64,000 nt of DNA from an uncultured Pelagibacteraceae bacterium (GTDB taxonomy: Bacteria; Pseudomonadota; Alphaproteobacteria; Pelagibacterales; AG-422-B15). The notes beneath the pieces are model-generated. The model had not been told where the DNA came from, made no database searches, and saw only the letters and a program-made list of their open reading frames with translations. This document shows, in pieces, positions 43,369 through 53,797 of this stretch; the stretch's first letter is position 1; every line of letters begins with the position of its first letter. The position numbers were made by a program, and so were the translations under genes. The DNA lies in the NCBI GenBank assembly GCA_902619105.1, contig CACNCV010000001.1, forward strand, positions 2,121 to 66,120. Reading direction: 5' to 3'.

Positions 43369-44016
43369 ATGCAAAATGTACCAATAATTATTTCTGAAAA
43401 GGTATTAAAAAGAATATTTTTTGAAGTAATTGATGAAATAAATAATTTATATACTCATAAATATGAAATTATTGATCAATATACAAAACAAATTCAAAGC
43501 TCATCTACTTTAATTATGGATACCGAAGCTTTTGAGAAAGTCGGGATATCAGAAATAAAAAATCAACAATTATTCATTATCAATGATAATTCTAAGAATA
43601 TGTCTGTCAATCAAAGCAATCAAATCTTGATTAATACACCATTTAAAATTCATGACCTATTTCTCGTTGTTGATAATAATATTGTTCAATCAAAAAAGAG
43701 GGAGCAAAAAAAAATTAAATTTAAACAACATATTTTTGATCCTTTGGGAAGAATATTATATCGAGGTCAAAAATTTATTCGACTGACAGAAAAAGAATGT
43801 GAAATATTTATAAGTTTAGTGGAGAATGAAAAAAATTATCTGAGCAAAAAATTTTTACTCGAGAAAGTATGGCAATATAATCAAGAAATAGATACCCATA
43901 CCTTAGAGACTCATTTGTACTCACTTAGAAAAAAAATTGATAAAAATCTTGGTACTAAAAATTTGATAATTTATGAAGAGAAAAAAGGTTATTTAATTAA
44001 CCGAGAATTATTATAA
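43369..44016 (+). CDS. OmpR-type winged-helix regulator with degenerate receiver
   Basis: LTEKE, LLEKVW.Y, THTLETHLY.LR.K C-terminal domain. Confidence 0.85.
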   Translation: MQNVPIIISEKVLKRIFFEVIDEINNLYTHKYEIIDQYTKQIQSSSTLIMDTEAFEKVGISEIKNQQLFIINDNSKNMSVNQSNQILINTPFKIHDLFLVVDNNIVQSKKREQKKIKFKQHIFDPLGRILYRGQKFIRLTEKECEIFISLVENEKNYLSKKFLLEKVWQYNQEIDTHTLETHLYSLRKKIDKNLGTKNLIIYEEKKGYLINRELL

Positions 44017-44020
44017 TTTC

Positions 44021-45379
44021 TTATACATTCAATAACAAATGTTCACGTTCCCATGCGCTTATAACGTTTTGATAAGCATCATGTTCTGTTTGCTTCACTT
44101 CAGTAAAGAGTGTAACAAATTCCTTTCCAAGTGTTTCAGAAAGTTCATTACTAACTTTTAGTCTTTTCAAAGCATCGGGAAGATATTTTGGAATATTATG
44201 TCTTCTTTCAAAGGCATCTCCTGCAATAGGTTTTTCTGGTTCTAGTTTTTCCTTAATGCCTAGCATACCGCATGCAAGTGAAGCAGCGATTGCCAGATAT
44301 GGATTAGTATCAGCGCCAGGGATTCTATTTTCAATTCTTCTGGCATTACTTTGGGAAGTAGGAACACGAAATGCAACTGTTCTGTTTTCAATACCCCAGT
44401 GGGTGTTTATTGGTGCCGATGCATCAATTACAAACCTCCGATAAGAATTGACATATGGCGCAAACAATAGCATTGCATCTGGAAGGTAATTTTGAAGCCC
44501 ACCAATAAAGTGTAAAAATTCTTTTGTATTATTCCCACCTTCATCTGAAAAAAGATTTATGTCTTTTTTTGTGCATACAAGGTTTTGGTGAATATGCATA
44601 GAGCTACCTGGTTGCCCCTGATATGGTTTTGCCATGAAAGTTGCGTGTATTCCATGTTTCAAAGCAACTTGTCTAACAGCACGTTTAAACATAAATGCCT
44701 GGTCAGCTAATGCAAGTGGATCGCCATGATTTAAATTAATTTCTATTTGAGATGGACCTGACTCATGGACTAAGGTATCAACACCAATATCCATTAATTC
44801 GCAGTAATCATAAATATCATCAGTAAGAGCGTCAAATTCATTAACAGCATCAATGCCAAAAACTCTACTGCCAGTTTCACGTCTCCCAGATTTTCCAACT
44901 GGTGTTTTTAACGGCAGGTCTGGATCTAAACTCTGTTCACATAAATAAAACTCTAATTCGGGAGCAACTACTGCCCTTAGATTTTCCTCTTTTAATTGAT
45001 TGATAATATTATTTAAGACTTGTCGAGGTGCAATTTCAGATGGTTCTCCTGTACCATAATTTAAATCACATATAATTTGCGCAGTAGGTTCTTTGTTCCA
45101 TGGAATTTTTCTTATAGTAGACAAGTCGGGTGTCATGAAAAGATCTTCCTCTACATAATTAATTACTTCACTTTCGTAAACCCACTTACCAGAAACTGTT
45201 TGACCAAATACTGAGTCAGCAAGCTTCAAACTTTGGTCTTCAATTGATTTGATAAAACGCTGTACTGGTAAAATTTTTCCTTTAGAAGAGCCTGCCATAT
45301 CTGGAAATATACACTCGACTTCTGATATTTTATTTGACACAAGCCATTGCTTGAGCTCGTTAATTGAACTAACAGTCAT
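44021..45379 (-). CDS. Glutamine synthetase-like gamma-glutamyl ligase (PuuA-like)
   Basis: APELEFY, HESGPSQIE, ATFMAKP, GSSMHIH, NSYRR, ENRIPGAD.NPYL, ISAWEREHLL. Confidence 0.9.
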   Translation of the reverse strand: MTVSSINELKQWLVSNKISEVECIFPDMAGSSKGKILPVQRFIKSIEDQSLKLADSVFGQTVSGKWVYESEVINYVEEDLFMTPDLSTIRKIPWNKEPTAQIICDLNYGTGEPSEIAPRQVLNNIINQLKEENLRAVVAPELEFYLCEQSLDPDLPLKTPVGKSGRRETGSRVFGIDAVNEFDALTDDIYDYCELMDIGVDTLVHESGPSQIEINLNHGDPLALADQAFMFKRAVRQVALKHGIHATFMAKPYQGQPGSSMHIHQNLVCTKKDINLFSDEGGNNTKEFLHFIGGLQNYLPDAMLLFAPYVNSYRRFVIDASAPINTHWGIENRTVAFRVPTSQSNARRIENRIPGADTNPYLAIAASLACGMLGIKEKLEPEKPIAGDAFERRHNIPKYLPDALKRLKVSNELSETLGKEFVTLFTEVKQTEHDAYQNVISAWEREHLLLNV

Positions 45380-45416
45380 ATTTTTGTGAAGTTTTTTTTA
45401 TTAACCTGCCTGTGGC

Positions 45417-45992
45417 TTAATTTTGTTTGTATTTAACCACGAATAATTTCTCGCTTATAAATATATTTTTTTTAATCTTTGTAAACTCTAAAACTGTTTT
45501 ATTTTCAAATTCATCTATTAATTCCCATTTTTTTAAGTCAAGCGTATTCTTATCAAAGTATAATATTGCACGACCAGTCTCATCTTCCCTATCAATGAAC
45601 AAGTCGAGTTCATAAAATTCACTATTCTCCCTGATATCCCTGATATCAAACACTTCATTGATATTAATCTCATGAGATAAGATTTTTTTTATTATATTGT
45701 TGCCAATTGGATAGCTATCAATTTGGTAGCCTTCGCTATCAACAATTCTGAGTAAACTCTCATTAGTAATGATATTTTCTGGTTGATTATCATATTCAAA
45801 CTTTGACTGATAAGGTTTTAAAAAATAAAATTTACCTGATACAACATTTCCTTCAAGGTCAGTTTGTTGAAATGTACCAGACATCGTTTTTATCTGGTTC
45901 CAATTTTTTGAAATCTCAAAAGTTATTTCATCAGTTAACGCATGACTTAGCAGAATAAAAAATAAAAATAAGCCAATATAAATGTTTTTCAT
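45417..45992 (-). CDS. lolA: Outer-membrane lipoprotein carrier LolA
   Basis: Signal peptide, SGTFQQ, GKFY..KP; downstream of ftsK. Confidence 0.8.
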   Translation of the reverse strand: MKNIYIGLFLFFILLSHALTDEITFEISKNWNQIKTMSGTFQQTDLEGNVVSGKFYFLKPYQSKFEYDNQPENIITNESLLRIVDSEGYQIDSYPIGNNIIKKILSHEININEVFDIRDIRENSEFYELDLFIDREDETGRAILYFDKNTLDLKKWELIDEFENKTVLEFTKIKKNIFISEKLFVVKYKQN

Positions 45993-48268
45993 TATTTATT
46001 GAACTTTTCAAAATTAATCTCTCGTTTCCCTACATGGTTTGCTTGACTAATGTAATCTTGCTCCTCTAGTTGATCCATAATTCTTGCAGCTCGGTTGTAT
46101 CCAATTTGTAGTTTTCTTTGAAGCAAGCTCGTAGATGCTTTGCCTTCTCTTTTTATTATTTCTAAGCACTCTTGAAATAACTCATCTTTTTCAGCATCAG
46201 AAATTAAGTTATTTTCACTTTCTAAGTTTTCTTCTCTTAAAATATCATCATCGTATTCTGGGTGACCTTGCTTTCTTAGTGATTTAACAATATCTTCAAT
46301 TTCTTTATCTGAAATAAAAGGCCCGTGAATTCTTGTAGTCATACCTCCAGCAGTCATCATCAACATATCACCTTTACCTAAAAGTCTCTCCGCTCCTTCG
46401 TCGCCCAAAATAGTTCTACTATCAAATTTTGAACTTACCTGAAAACTTATTCTACTTGGAAAATTCGCCTTAATGGTTCCAGTAATTACATCAACGCTTG
46501 GTCTTTGTGTGGCCATCAGCAGGTGAATGCCAGCAGCTCTTGCCATTTGAGATAATCTTTGAATTGCATGTTCTATTTCTTTTCCAGCCACCATCATCAA
46601 GTCAGCCATTTCATCAACGACCACAACAATGAAAGGCATTTTTTTATTCTCAATTTCCACGTCCTTTGATTGAGGTTGACCAGTTTCAGGATTAATCCCG
46701 GCCGGGATAGATCTGACTATTTTTTCAGATTTATTAATAGCTTCCGTTATTCTCTGGTTGTAATTTTCAATATTTCTGACCCCTAATAAAGACATTTTTT
46801 TATAACGAGCCTCCATCTCTCTGACTACCCATTTAAGTGCAACGATTGCTTTTTTAGGGTCAGTTACTACGGGAGTTATAAGATGCGGTACACCTTCATA
46901 GACTGATAACTCAAGCATTTTTGGATCAATGAGAATAAATTTACAGTCCTCTGGTGAATGCTTGTATAAAATTGAGGTAATCATCACATTTATTCCAACT
47001 GATTTTCCTGAACCTGTTGTACCTGCGATTAATAAATGAGGCATATTTTCTAAATTTGCAAAAATAGCATTTCCACTGATATCTTTTCCAAGTGCAAGAA
47101 TAAGATTTTTGTCATTATTAATAAATTCTTGATTTTTAAAGAGTTCGCTTAAGTAGACGGGATTTTTTATTTTATTAGGTATCTCAATCCCAATTACATT
47201 TTTTCCAGGAATAATCGCCACACGTGCTGACATTGCACTCATATTCCTTGCTATATCATCAGAAAGAGAAATAATTTTAGAAGCCTTGATACCAGGCGCT
47301 GGCTGCAATTCATACATAGTAACAATTGGACCAGGTGAAACTTTTATAATTTCTCCTTCTATTTTAAAGTCAGTTAATACACTCTTAAGTTGCTCAGCAT
47401 TTAAATTTAATTCATCTTGGTCAACTATACTTTCTTTACTCATTTCAGGTTTTGATAAAAAATTTATGTCAGGAGCTCTATAAGAATTATCTTCAAAATA
47501 TATCTCATCTTGAAGATCTACTTTTTTACTAATCTCATTTTTCTCAATAAATGACGATACAGTTTGATTTTTCAAATTATCAAAATCAATTTTAGGTTCT
47601 AGGTTTTTAGAATTTATTGTTTCTTTTAAATTAGATTTTTTATTTAATATTTTGCCTAAATAAAACTTTATTAAATATGTTAATTTGAAAATAAATAAAA
47701 TACAGATTTTAGTAAGTTTCTTTATAAATTGAAAAATATTATTCCACTCATTTAACTTTAATCCTACTGTGAAATAAAATGAGATAAGAAATAAAATAAA
47801 AATTAAAAAAACAAACAAATAATTAATATAACTATTTGAGATTAAATTTAATTCACTAATAAATATAAGAGATTGGGATGCGAGAAAGCCATTTGATAAA
47901 GGAACATTTAATGTCCCAAAAAAAAGAGCAAGTAAATAAATAGTTAATGGCATTAATAAAAAATTCAGTCCAAAAAGCTCTAAATTTTTCGAAAAAAATA
48001 ATTTATAAGACCAACTGGTTAAAATAAAAAAAATTAAAATACTACTGTATCCAAAAAATTGTATCAGAATTTCAGAAATATTTGCTCCAAGACGACCACC
48101 TAAGTTTTTAGGTTCATAATTGTTTAAATTGAAAACATTTGGATCATAACTTGAATGGCTTACTACCGATATAAGAATGAATAAACCCAACAAAACTAAG
48201 CTAATACCAATTATTTCAAGTAATCGATTAACTATAAAAAGTCTGATGGAGTCGGGTACAATCTTCAT
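45992..48268 (-). CDS. ftsK: DNA translocase FtsK
   Basis: N-terminal TMs, PHLLIAGTTGSGKS, IDPKMLEL, TQRPSVD, gamma domain QIGYNRAAR. Confidence 0.98.
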   Translation of the reverse strand: MKIVPDSIRLFIVNRLLEIIGISLVLLGLFILISVVSHSSYDPNVFNLNNYEPKNLGGRLGANISEILIQFFGYSSILIFFILTSWSYKLFFSKNLELFGLNFLLMPLTIYLLALFFGTLNVPLSNGFLASQSLIFISELNLISNSYINYLFVFLIFILFLISFYFTVGLKLNEWNNIFQFIKKLTKICILFIFKLTYLIKFYLGKILNKKSNLKETINSKNLEPKIDFDNLKNQTVSSFIEKNEISKKVDLQDEIYFEDNSYRAPDINFLSKPEMSKESIVDQDELNLNAEQLKSVLTDFKIEGEIIKVSPGPIVTMYELQPAPGIKASKIISLSDDIARNMSAMSARVAIIPGKNVIGIEIPNKIKNPVYLSELFKNQEFINNDKNLILALGKDISGNAIFANLENMPHLLIAGTTGSGKSVGINVMITSILYKHSPEDCKFILIDPKMLELSVYEGVPHLITPVVTDPKKAIVALKWVVREMEARYKKMSLLGVRNIENYNQRITEAINKSEKIVRSIPAGINPETGQPQSKDVEIENKKMPFIVVVVDEMADLMMVAGKEIEHAIQRLSQMARAAGIHLLMATQRPSVDVITGTIKANFPSRISFQVSSKFDSRTILGDEGAERLLGKGDMLMMTAGGMTTRIHGPFISDKEIEDIVKSLRKQGHPEYDDDILREENLESENNLISDAEKDELFQECLEIIKREGKASTSLLQRKLQIGYNRAARIMDQLEEQDYISQANHVGKREINFEKFNK

Positions 48269-48372
48269 TATCTATCAAAAAAAATAAAATTTTCAGATTC
48301 TATTAGTATTTGATTCATCATGTATTATATAGCTTCTTATAAAATTAACTGACTAAATTATTGAGTTAGCAT

Positions 48373-49548
48373 ATGAAATATGAATTTACTATATTTGGGT
48401 CTGGTATTTCAGCCAAAATAACATCTTACCTTTTAGCAAGTGAAGGCTATGAGGTATGTTTAGTTCTAGATAAAGAAAAAAACCAGGGTACGCCAAGTAC
48501 AAATCTAGTTACTTTTTTATCTAACGGATCACTAAATTATTTATACTCAAAATTTCCAAAGATGAGTTCTTTATTTGCTAAATACTCAGATATTGAAACA
48601 ATTAATTGTCAACTAATCAGTGTAAATAAAAATAAAAGTGAGTCGATTTATTTTGAGGATGATAAAAAAGAAACTTTAGGAAAAATTGTTAAAAATATAG
48701 AGTTGGAAGATATTCTTAATGAATACATTAACCAATCAGTCAATTTAACTATTATAAATTCTAACCCACTCAGTTTAATTGAAAATACTACTGATGGTGT
48801 TACTTTAAAACTTCAAAATAGTGATCGTATATACTCTGATCTATTTATTCTATCATCCTCACAAGCAAATATTACAAAACAGCTGAAAATTAAATTTATT
48901 AATAAAGATTTAGAACAACACGCATTATCCATAGATGTAAAAGGTAATATTAAAAATAAATTTTCTGCATTTCAAAAATTTACATCTGATGGCCCGTTGG
49001 CATTATTGCCCTACTCTGATGATGAGGCTTCAGTTGTGTGGTCACTTAGAAATAATTCTCAGATATTACAAAAAGATAATGATGAGCTTGCTAAGATTAT
49101 AAGCAATCATCTAAATGAACATGTTGCTTCATTACAGCTAATAAATATCGAAAAACACAGACTGCAATTTACTTTTGCAAAAAATCTGTTTTATAAAAAC
49201 ACTGTATTGATTGGAAACATTGCCCATAATATCCATCCTATTGCTGGGCAAGGACTCAATCTAACTATTAAAGATATTGCTGAATTTATGAACCAAACAT
49301 CAAAATATACATCTCTGGGATATAAATTTAATGATCAAATGGTTTTGAAAGAATTCGAAATGAAAAGAAAAATAGATAACACCGCTTTTTCTTTTGGAAC
49401 TATTTTACTTGATGATATTTTATCGAGTAATAACAAGTTTATAAATTATTCGACACGCAAAGGTTTTGGCTTGATTAAAAAAAGTGGAGCCTTTAAAAAG
49501 TTTTTTACTAGAAGAGCTACAGGAGAAAATTTTTTTCGATCATTTTAA
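48373..49548 (+). CDS. UbiH/UbiL-family flavin monooxygenase (divergent)
   Basis: F...GPLALLP, SVVWS, HPIAGQGLNL; divergent from ftsK as in other Alphaproteobacteria. Confidence 0.8.
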   Translation: MKYEFTIFGSGISAKITSYLLASEGYEVCLVLDKEKNQGTPSTNLVTFLSNGSLNYLYSKFPKMSSLFAKYSDIETINCQLISVNKNKSESIYFEDDKKETLGKIVKNIELEDILNEYINQSVNLTIINSNPLSLIENTTDGVTLKLQNSDRIYSDLFILSSSQANITKQLKIKFINKDLEQHALSIDVKGNIKNKFSAFQKFTSDGPLALLPYSDDEASVVWSLRNNSQILQKDNDELAKIISNHLNEHVASLQLINIEKHRLQFTFAKNLFYKNTVLIGNIAHNIHPIAGQGLNLTIKDIAEFMNQTSKYTSLGYKFNDQMVLKEFEMKRKIDNTAFSFGTILLDDILSSNNKFINYSTRKGFGLIKKSGAFKKFFTRRATGENFFRSF

Positions 49549-50201
49549 TGAAGCTGATCGCTTTTTTCTCCAGAAAGATCAAAAATGTATGATTGATAGA
49601 GCGCTTCAAGTGCATGACCTCTTGTAATTAGTGTTTTTGCTTCAAGAAGAAGTTGTTTTTCTTCTGGAGTAAAAGGAACCAATATTCCTGAATAATTTAT
49701 CAACTGCTCAGTTGGAGTTTGTTTAATAATTTCCCAGTCAGCTAGGATCTTTCTATGTTCTAGATATCTTTTAACCAAAGCCAAAAGTTTTGATCTATCG
49801 ATACTGTCACTGTTTTGATTTTCAGTATCTGTCTTGTAGTTATCGTAATTGGCTAGAACTTGCCTGTAAGGCGTGGTTACATCTAACTCCTCATCAACTT
49901 CAAATCGTACAACACCAGATAATGTAATTAAATATCTGTTGTCTTCAGCTTCATTAAATGACGAGATACGACCAACACACCCAACTTTTTTTAGAGATTT
50001 ATTACCAGCTTCTTGACTTTGCGAAGCGGGCTGTATCATACCTAAAAGGCGGCCTGGGCTTGCAAGTGCATCATCTATCATTTGAACATAACGTGGCTCA
50101 AAGATATTTAGGGGCAGCTGCGTGCCTGGAAAAAGAACTGCTCCAGTAAGAGGAAATATTGGGATTTTTCTTGATAGTTCCTGAATATTGATGTTTTTCA
50201 T
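49545..50201 (-). CDS. Stand-alone LON substrate-binding domain protein
   Basis: PIFPL..AVLFP..LPLNIFEPRY, VGCVGRI, EKQ.LLEA. Confidence 0.92.
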   Translation of the reverse strand: MKNINIQELSRKIPIFPLTGAVLFPGTQLPLNIFEPRYVQMIDDALASPGRLLGMIQPASQSQEAGNKSLKKVGCVGRISSFNEAEDNRYLITLSGVVRFEVDEELDVTTPYRQVLANYDNYKTDTENQNSDSIDRSKLLALVKRYLEHRKILADWEIIKQTPTEQLINYSGILVPFTPEEKQLLLEAKTLITRGHALEALYQSYIFDLSGEKSDQLH

Positions 50202-50253
50202 ATTATTTTTGATAGTACATTACTTATTAAGATAATGAAATAATCCGCTTATC

Positions 50254-50282
50254 TTGAAAAACAAGGGATTTTCTATTAGAAA
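50254..50282 (+). promoter_or_regulatory. Putative sigma70 promoter of tRNA-Gly
   Basis: TTGAAA-N17-TAGAAA, 12 nt before the tRNA. Confidence 0.55.
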
Positions 50283-50294
50283 CTTGTCTATTAC

Positions 50295-50369
50295 GCGAGT
50301 GTAGCTCAGTGGTAGAGCGAAACGTTGCCAACGTTTAGGTCGAGGGTTCGACTCCCTTCACTCGCTCCA
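50295..50369 (+). tRNA. tRNA-Gly(GCC)
   Basis: Acceptor GCGAGTG/CACTCGC, D arm GCTC..GAGC, anticodon arm AAACG-TTGCCAA-CGTTT, TTCGA loop, encoded CCA. Confidence 0.98.
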
Positions 50370-50382
50370 TGAGTCAAATTTT

Positions 50383-51153
50383 GTGAGAATTCATCAACAG
50401 AAAAAATTAGAATTTCTATTTAAAAAGCTATTCGGCTTTTCAGAGCCTTATTTATTAAAGCGAAGAGCAAAAAGATTTTTAAGAAAAAATACTGAAAAAG
50501 AAATAAAACTTTTAGAGAAATTAGTAGATCATTCAAAAGCTTCTATTGATATAGGTGTTTATAGAGGAGTATATTCTTATTTTTTATCACACTTATCTGA
50601 ATACGTTTATGCTTTTGAGGCAAATCCACTTTTACATTCAAAATTAGTGAAAGGTTTTCAAAATAAAAAAAATATCAAAATAGAAAATATGGCAGTTTCT
50701 TCAGAAAGTGGTGAAACCGAACTCAGAGTACCTATTAGGGACATAAAAGCCAATTTCGATTATGAAGAGAAGTATAAGTTAGGCACTGCTACAATTCATA
50801 AAACCAATAATTTAAATAATGAAAAATTTGAGACTATAAAATCTATAAATAAAATTTCATTGGATGAGTATAACTTTAAACATCAAATTGGTTTTTTAAA
50901 AATCGATGTTGAGGGACATGAATTGGATATTTTACGTGGCGCAAAAAAATTTATCTCAAAAAATATGCCAACAATGTTAATTGAAATTGAGGAGCGCCAC
51001 TCTGGTGTTCGGCCTGATATTGCAATTAATGAAATAAAACAATTTGGATACGATTGCTTTTTTGTTGATGATAATTTTGGTCTACAGCTTGTTCAAAACC
51101 CTGTAGAACTAATAAATAACAACTTTATTTTTATTCCATACAAAAAAAATTAA
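50383..51153 (+). CDS. FkbM-family methyltransferase
   Basis: IDIGVYRG, AFEANP, KIDVEGHE, LIEIE. Confidence 0.92.
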   Translation: MRIHQQKKLEFLFKKLFGFSEPYLLKRRAKRFLRKNTEKEIKLLEKLVDHSKASIDIGVYRGVYSYFLSHLSEYVYAFEANPLLHSKLVKGFQNKKNIKIENMAVSSESGETELRVPIRDIKANFDYEEKYKLGTATIHKTNNLNNEKFETIKSINKISLDEYNFKHQIGFLKIDVEGHELDILRGAKKFISKNMPTMLIEIEERHSGVRPDIAINEIKQFGYDCFFVDDNFGLQLVQNPVELINNNFIFIPYKKN

Positions 51154-51189
51154 CATACAGAATTACTTTAATTGTGTATCTTATAAATT

Positions 51190-52533
51190 ATGAGAGCCTC
51201 AAAACTAGGACGATATTCATGGACCATGTTTGATTGGGCAAATCAGCCTTTCTATACATTGATCATGACATTCGTTTTCTCTGTCTACTTTACAGATGTC
51301 TTTATTACTGGTGATGACGGTGCTCAAAAATTAACACTCACGCAAACAATTTCAGGTCTGGCTATTGCTCTTTTAAGTCCCGTTCTTGGGTCAATTACGG
51401 ATATAAAAGGAAACCGAAAACTATTAATGGGAATAACATCTGCACTGTTTGTGCTTGGTATGGCGTTGCTTTGGTACTCACCTCCAGGCGCTCCTGACGG
51501 TATTTGGCTTGTTATGTTTGGATTAATACTTGCGTCTGCAATGGTTGGATTTTCAGAAGTCTTTAATAACTCAGTTCTAGCAACGATTGAAACTCCTGAG
51601 AATTCTGGTTGGTTAAGCGGTATGGGTTATGGAGTTGGTTATATTGCAGGTCTTATCGCATTAATTTTATTTTTAATAATACTTGTTTGGCCTGGTGGTG
51701 AAACTGAAAATTTATATGGTTTGAATACGAGTGAATATGAACACATAAGAATTGTAGGACCACTATGCGCAATATGGTATGCTGTTTTCATTATTCCTTT
51801 GTTTTTATTTACCCCAGATCTTAAAAAAAATGACGTTACTGTTATCAATTCAGTAAAGATTGGTCTTACAAATTTTATTAATACTTTTAAAGAAGCTAGA
51901 AAGTATAGAAATATATTCACGTTCTTAATAACAAGAATGTTTTATCAGGATGCTTTGAATGCCCTGTTTGTAGTGGGTGGGGTTTACGCAAGCCTTGTTG
52001 TTGGAATGTCGCTCACACAGGTTTTAATACTTGGTATCATCTTAAACATATTGTCGGGACCTAGCTCAATTTACGGAGGCTATTTGAATGATTTGATTGG
52101 TTCAAAAAATGTAATAATTCTATCGCTATGGGGGTTATTGGTCTCGGGACTTTTGGGGCTATCAATTGATAAAGATACAATATTTTATTTCTTTGCAGTA
52201 AGTGAATACTCAGCGGGTGTAGAAGAATTAACATTTGGTATCTTTAATTCTGTAAGTCAGATTACATACATTTGTGTTGTTATTGGTATTTCAATTTTCT
52301 ACGGCCCTGCACAAACCGCTTCACGGGCATTAATGGTAAAACTTTCCCCCCAAGAAAAGATGACTGAATTTTTTGGTCTTTACGCCTTTGCCGGAAAGTC
52401 AACAGCTTGGCTGGTACCAGGATTAATGTCACTAATACTCGCTTTCACTGATAGTCTTCAATATGCAATGATCTCAATAGTATTTTTTAATTTGATTGGC
52501 ATAATTGGCATGTATTTTGTGTCAGAAAAATGA
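51190..52533 (+). CDS. MFS transporter (ATG22/UMF1-like)
   Basis: WTMFDWAN, SG.GYG.GY, SRALM, EFFGLY; about 12 TMs. Confidence 0.9.
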   Translation: MRASKLGRYSWTMFDWANQPFYTLIMTFVFSVYFTDVFITGDDGAQKLTLTQTISGLAIALLSPVLGSITDIKGNRKLLMGITSALFVLGMALLWYSPPGAPDGIWLVMFGLILASAMVGFSEVFNNSVLATIETPENSGWLSGMGYGVGYIAGLIALILFLIILVWPGGETENLYGLNTSEYEHIRIVGPLCAIWYAVFIIPLFLFTPDLKKNDVTVINSVKIGLTNFINTFKEARKYRNIFTFLITRMFYQDALNALFVVGGVYASLVVGMSLTQVLILGIILNILSGPSSIYGGYLNDLIGSKNVIILSLWGLLVSGLLGLSIDKDTIFYFFAVSEYSAGVEELTFGIFNSVSQITYICVVIGISIFYGPAQTASRALMVKLSPQEKMTEFFGLYAFAGKSTAWLVPGLMSLILAFTDSLQYAMISIVFFNLIGIIGMYFVSEK

Positions 52534-53024
52534 TCAAAAAATATCTTCACCTAGTTTCTTCCTCTAAATCCCAAATTATCATATTTTTACTACTTAATAT
52601 CTGTGGTCTAGTTTTTCTTTTTCTTCCACACAACATTTTTGCAAATATGCTCGATCTTGAGCTTTATTACGGAAAAGAGAATGTTGTCAGAAATTTCAAT
52701 GCAATAGGTTCTAATGGTCGAAGTGTCTATGTTCTCTCCTCACTTATACTGGATACACTTTATCCTATTTTATATACTTCATTAATTCTTGGGGCTTACG
52801 TCAAATTATTCAAAAGTCCAGGAGTAATTTTATATATACCATTAATAGCTTTTAGCTTTGATATCTTAGAAAACCTTCAGATTACGAGATTAATTTTAAA
52901 CTTTCCAAATGTAAACGAAACACACGTGTCTCTGGCTAGCACAGCTACTTCATTTAAGTGGATTGCTATTTTAGTAACTATTTCAGTTTTAATTTATGGA
53001 ATAATAAAAAAAAGAAAGAAATAG
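52530..53024 (+). CDS. Hypothetical membrane protein
   Basis: Several hydrophobic segments, DTLYP and DILEN motifs; ATGA overlap with MFS gene. Confidence 0.75.
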   Translation: MIKKYLHLVSSSKSQIIIFLLLNICGLVFLFLPHNIFANMLDLELYYGKENVVRNFNAIGSNGRSVYVLSSLILDTLYPILYTSLILGAYVKLFKSPGVILYIPLIAFSFDILENLQITRLILNFPNVNETHVSLASTATSFKWIAILVTISVLIYGIIKKRKK

Positions 53025-53032
53025 ATTTCTCA

Positions 53033-53782
53033 ATGTTTAAAAAACAAATCCAGAAGTTACGAAAAAGTTTTTTAAGACGATTTTTATTTTTAACAAATAA
53101 AGAGAAATTGTTATTTAAACTAAATGATATTAAACTTAACCTTGATATAAGAGACTCAATCGACCGTGAAATTTATTTTACTAATCGCTATGAGGAAGAA
53201 CAAATAAAACTCTTAATAGATAGTATTAAAAAATTTAAAATTACACATTTTATTGATGTTGGTGCAAATATTGGAATTTATGCATTAAACATTGCAAAGA
53301 ATTTTCCAAATATAAAAATAGATGCTTTTGAGCCGCACAAAGGGGCCTTTGAGAGAATGAAAGCAAACATTCATCAAAATGGTTTTTCTCAAATTATTCA
53401 ATCTCATAATTTGGCTTTATCAGTCGAGAACAAAAATGGTTATTTGCAAGCTAGTACAAGATTTGGCACTTATCAGTCTGGTGGTGCCAGCATTTCTCCT
53501 GAAGGGGAGATGAAAATTTCACAAGTGCGAGGGGATGATTTAATTAAAGATGTAGATAGTTTCATTGCTATAAAAATAGATGTTGAGGGTTTTGAATTGT
53601 CTGTACTGCAAGGTATTGAAAACTTAATTAAAAATAATAAAATCTTCTTACAAATAGAAATTTTTGATGAAAAGCTGAGTGAGACTTCAAAATTTCTAGA
53701 AGACTTTAATTTCAAATTAATTGAGAAGGGTACGTTCACTCATCAGGATACAGTAAAGGATTACTTCTATATTAATTTTTAA
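53033..53782 (+). CDS. FkbM-family methyltransferase
   Basis: FIDVGANIG.Y, AFEP, KIDVEGFE, QIEI; start at ATG 53033. Confidence 0.92.
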   Translation: MFKKQIQKLRKSFLRRFLFLTNKEKLLFKLNDIKLNLDIRDSIDREIYFTNRYEEEQIKLLIDSIKKFKITHFIDVGANIGIYALNIAKNFPNIKIDAFEPHKGAFERMKANIHQNGFSQIIQSHNLALSVENKNGYLQASTRFGTYQSGGASISPEGEMKISQVRGDDLIKDVDSFIAIKIDVEGFELSVLQGIENLIKNNKIFLQIEIFDEKLSETSKFLEDFNFKLIEKGTFTHQDTVKDYFYINF

Positions 53783-53797
53783 AGTAATAACTATACA

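Noticed and set aside
50340-50369. attL/attR duplication of the tRNA-Gly 3' end
   Set aside because: No second copy or integrase found by eye in this window
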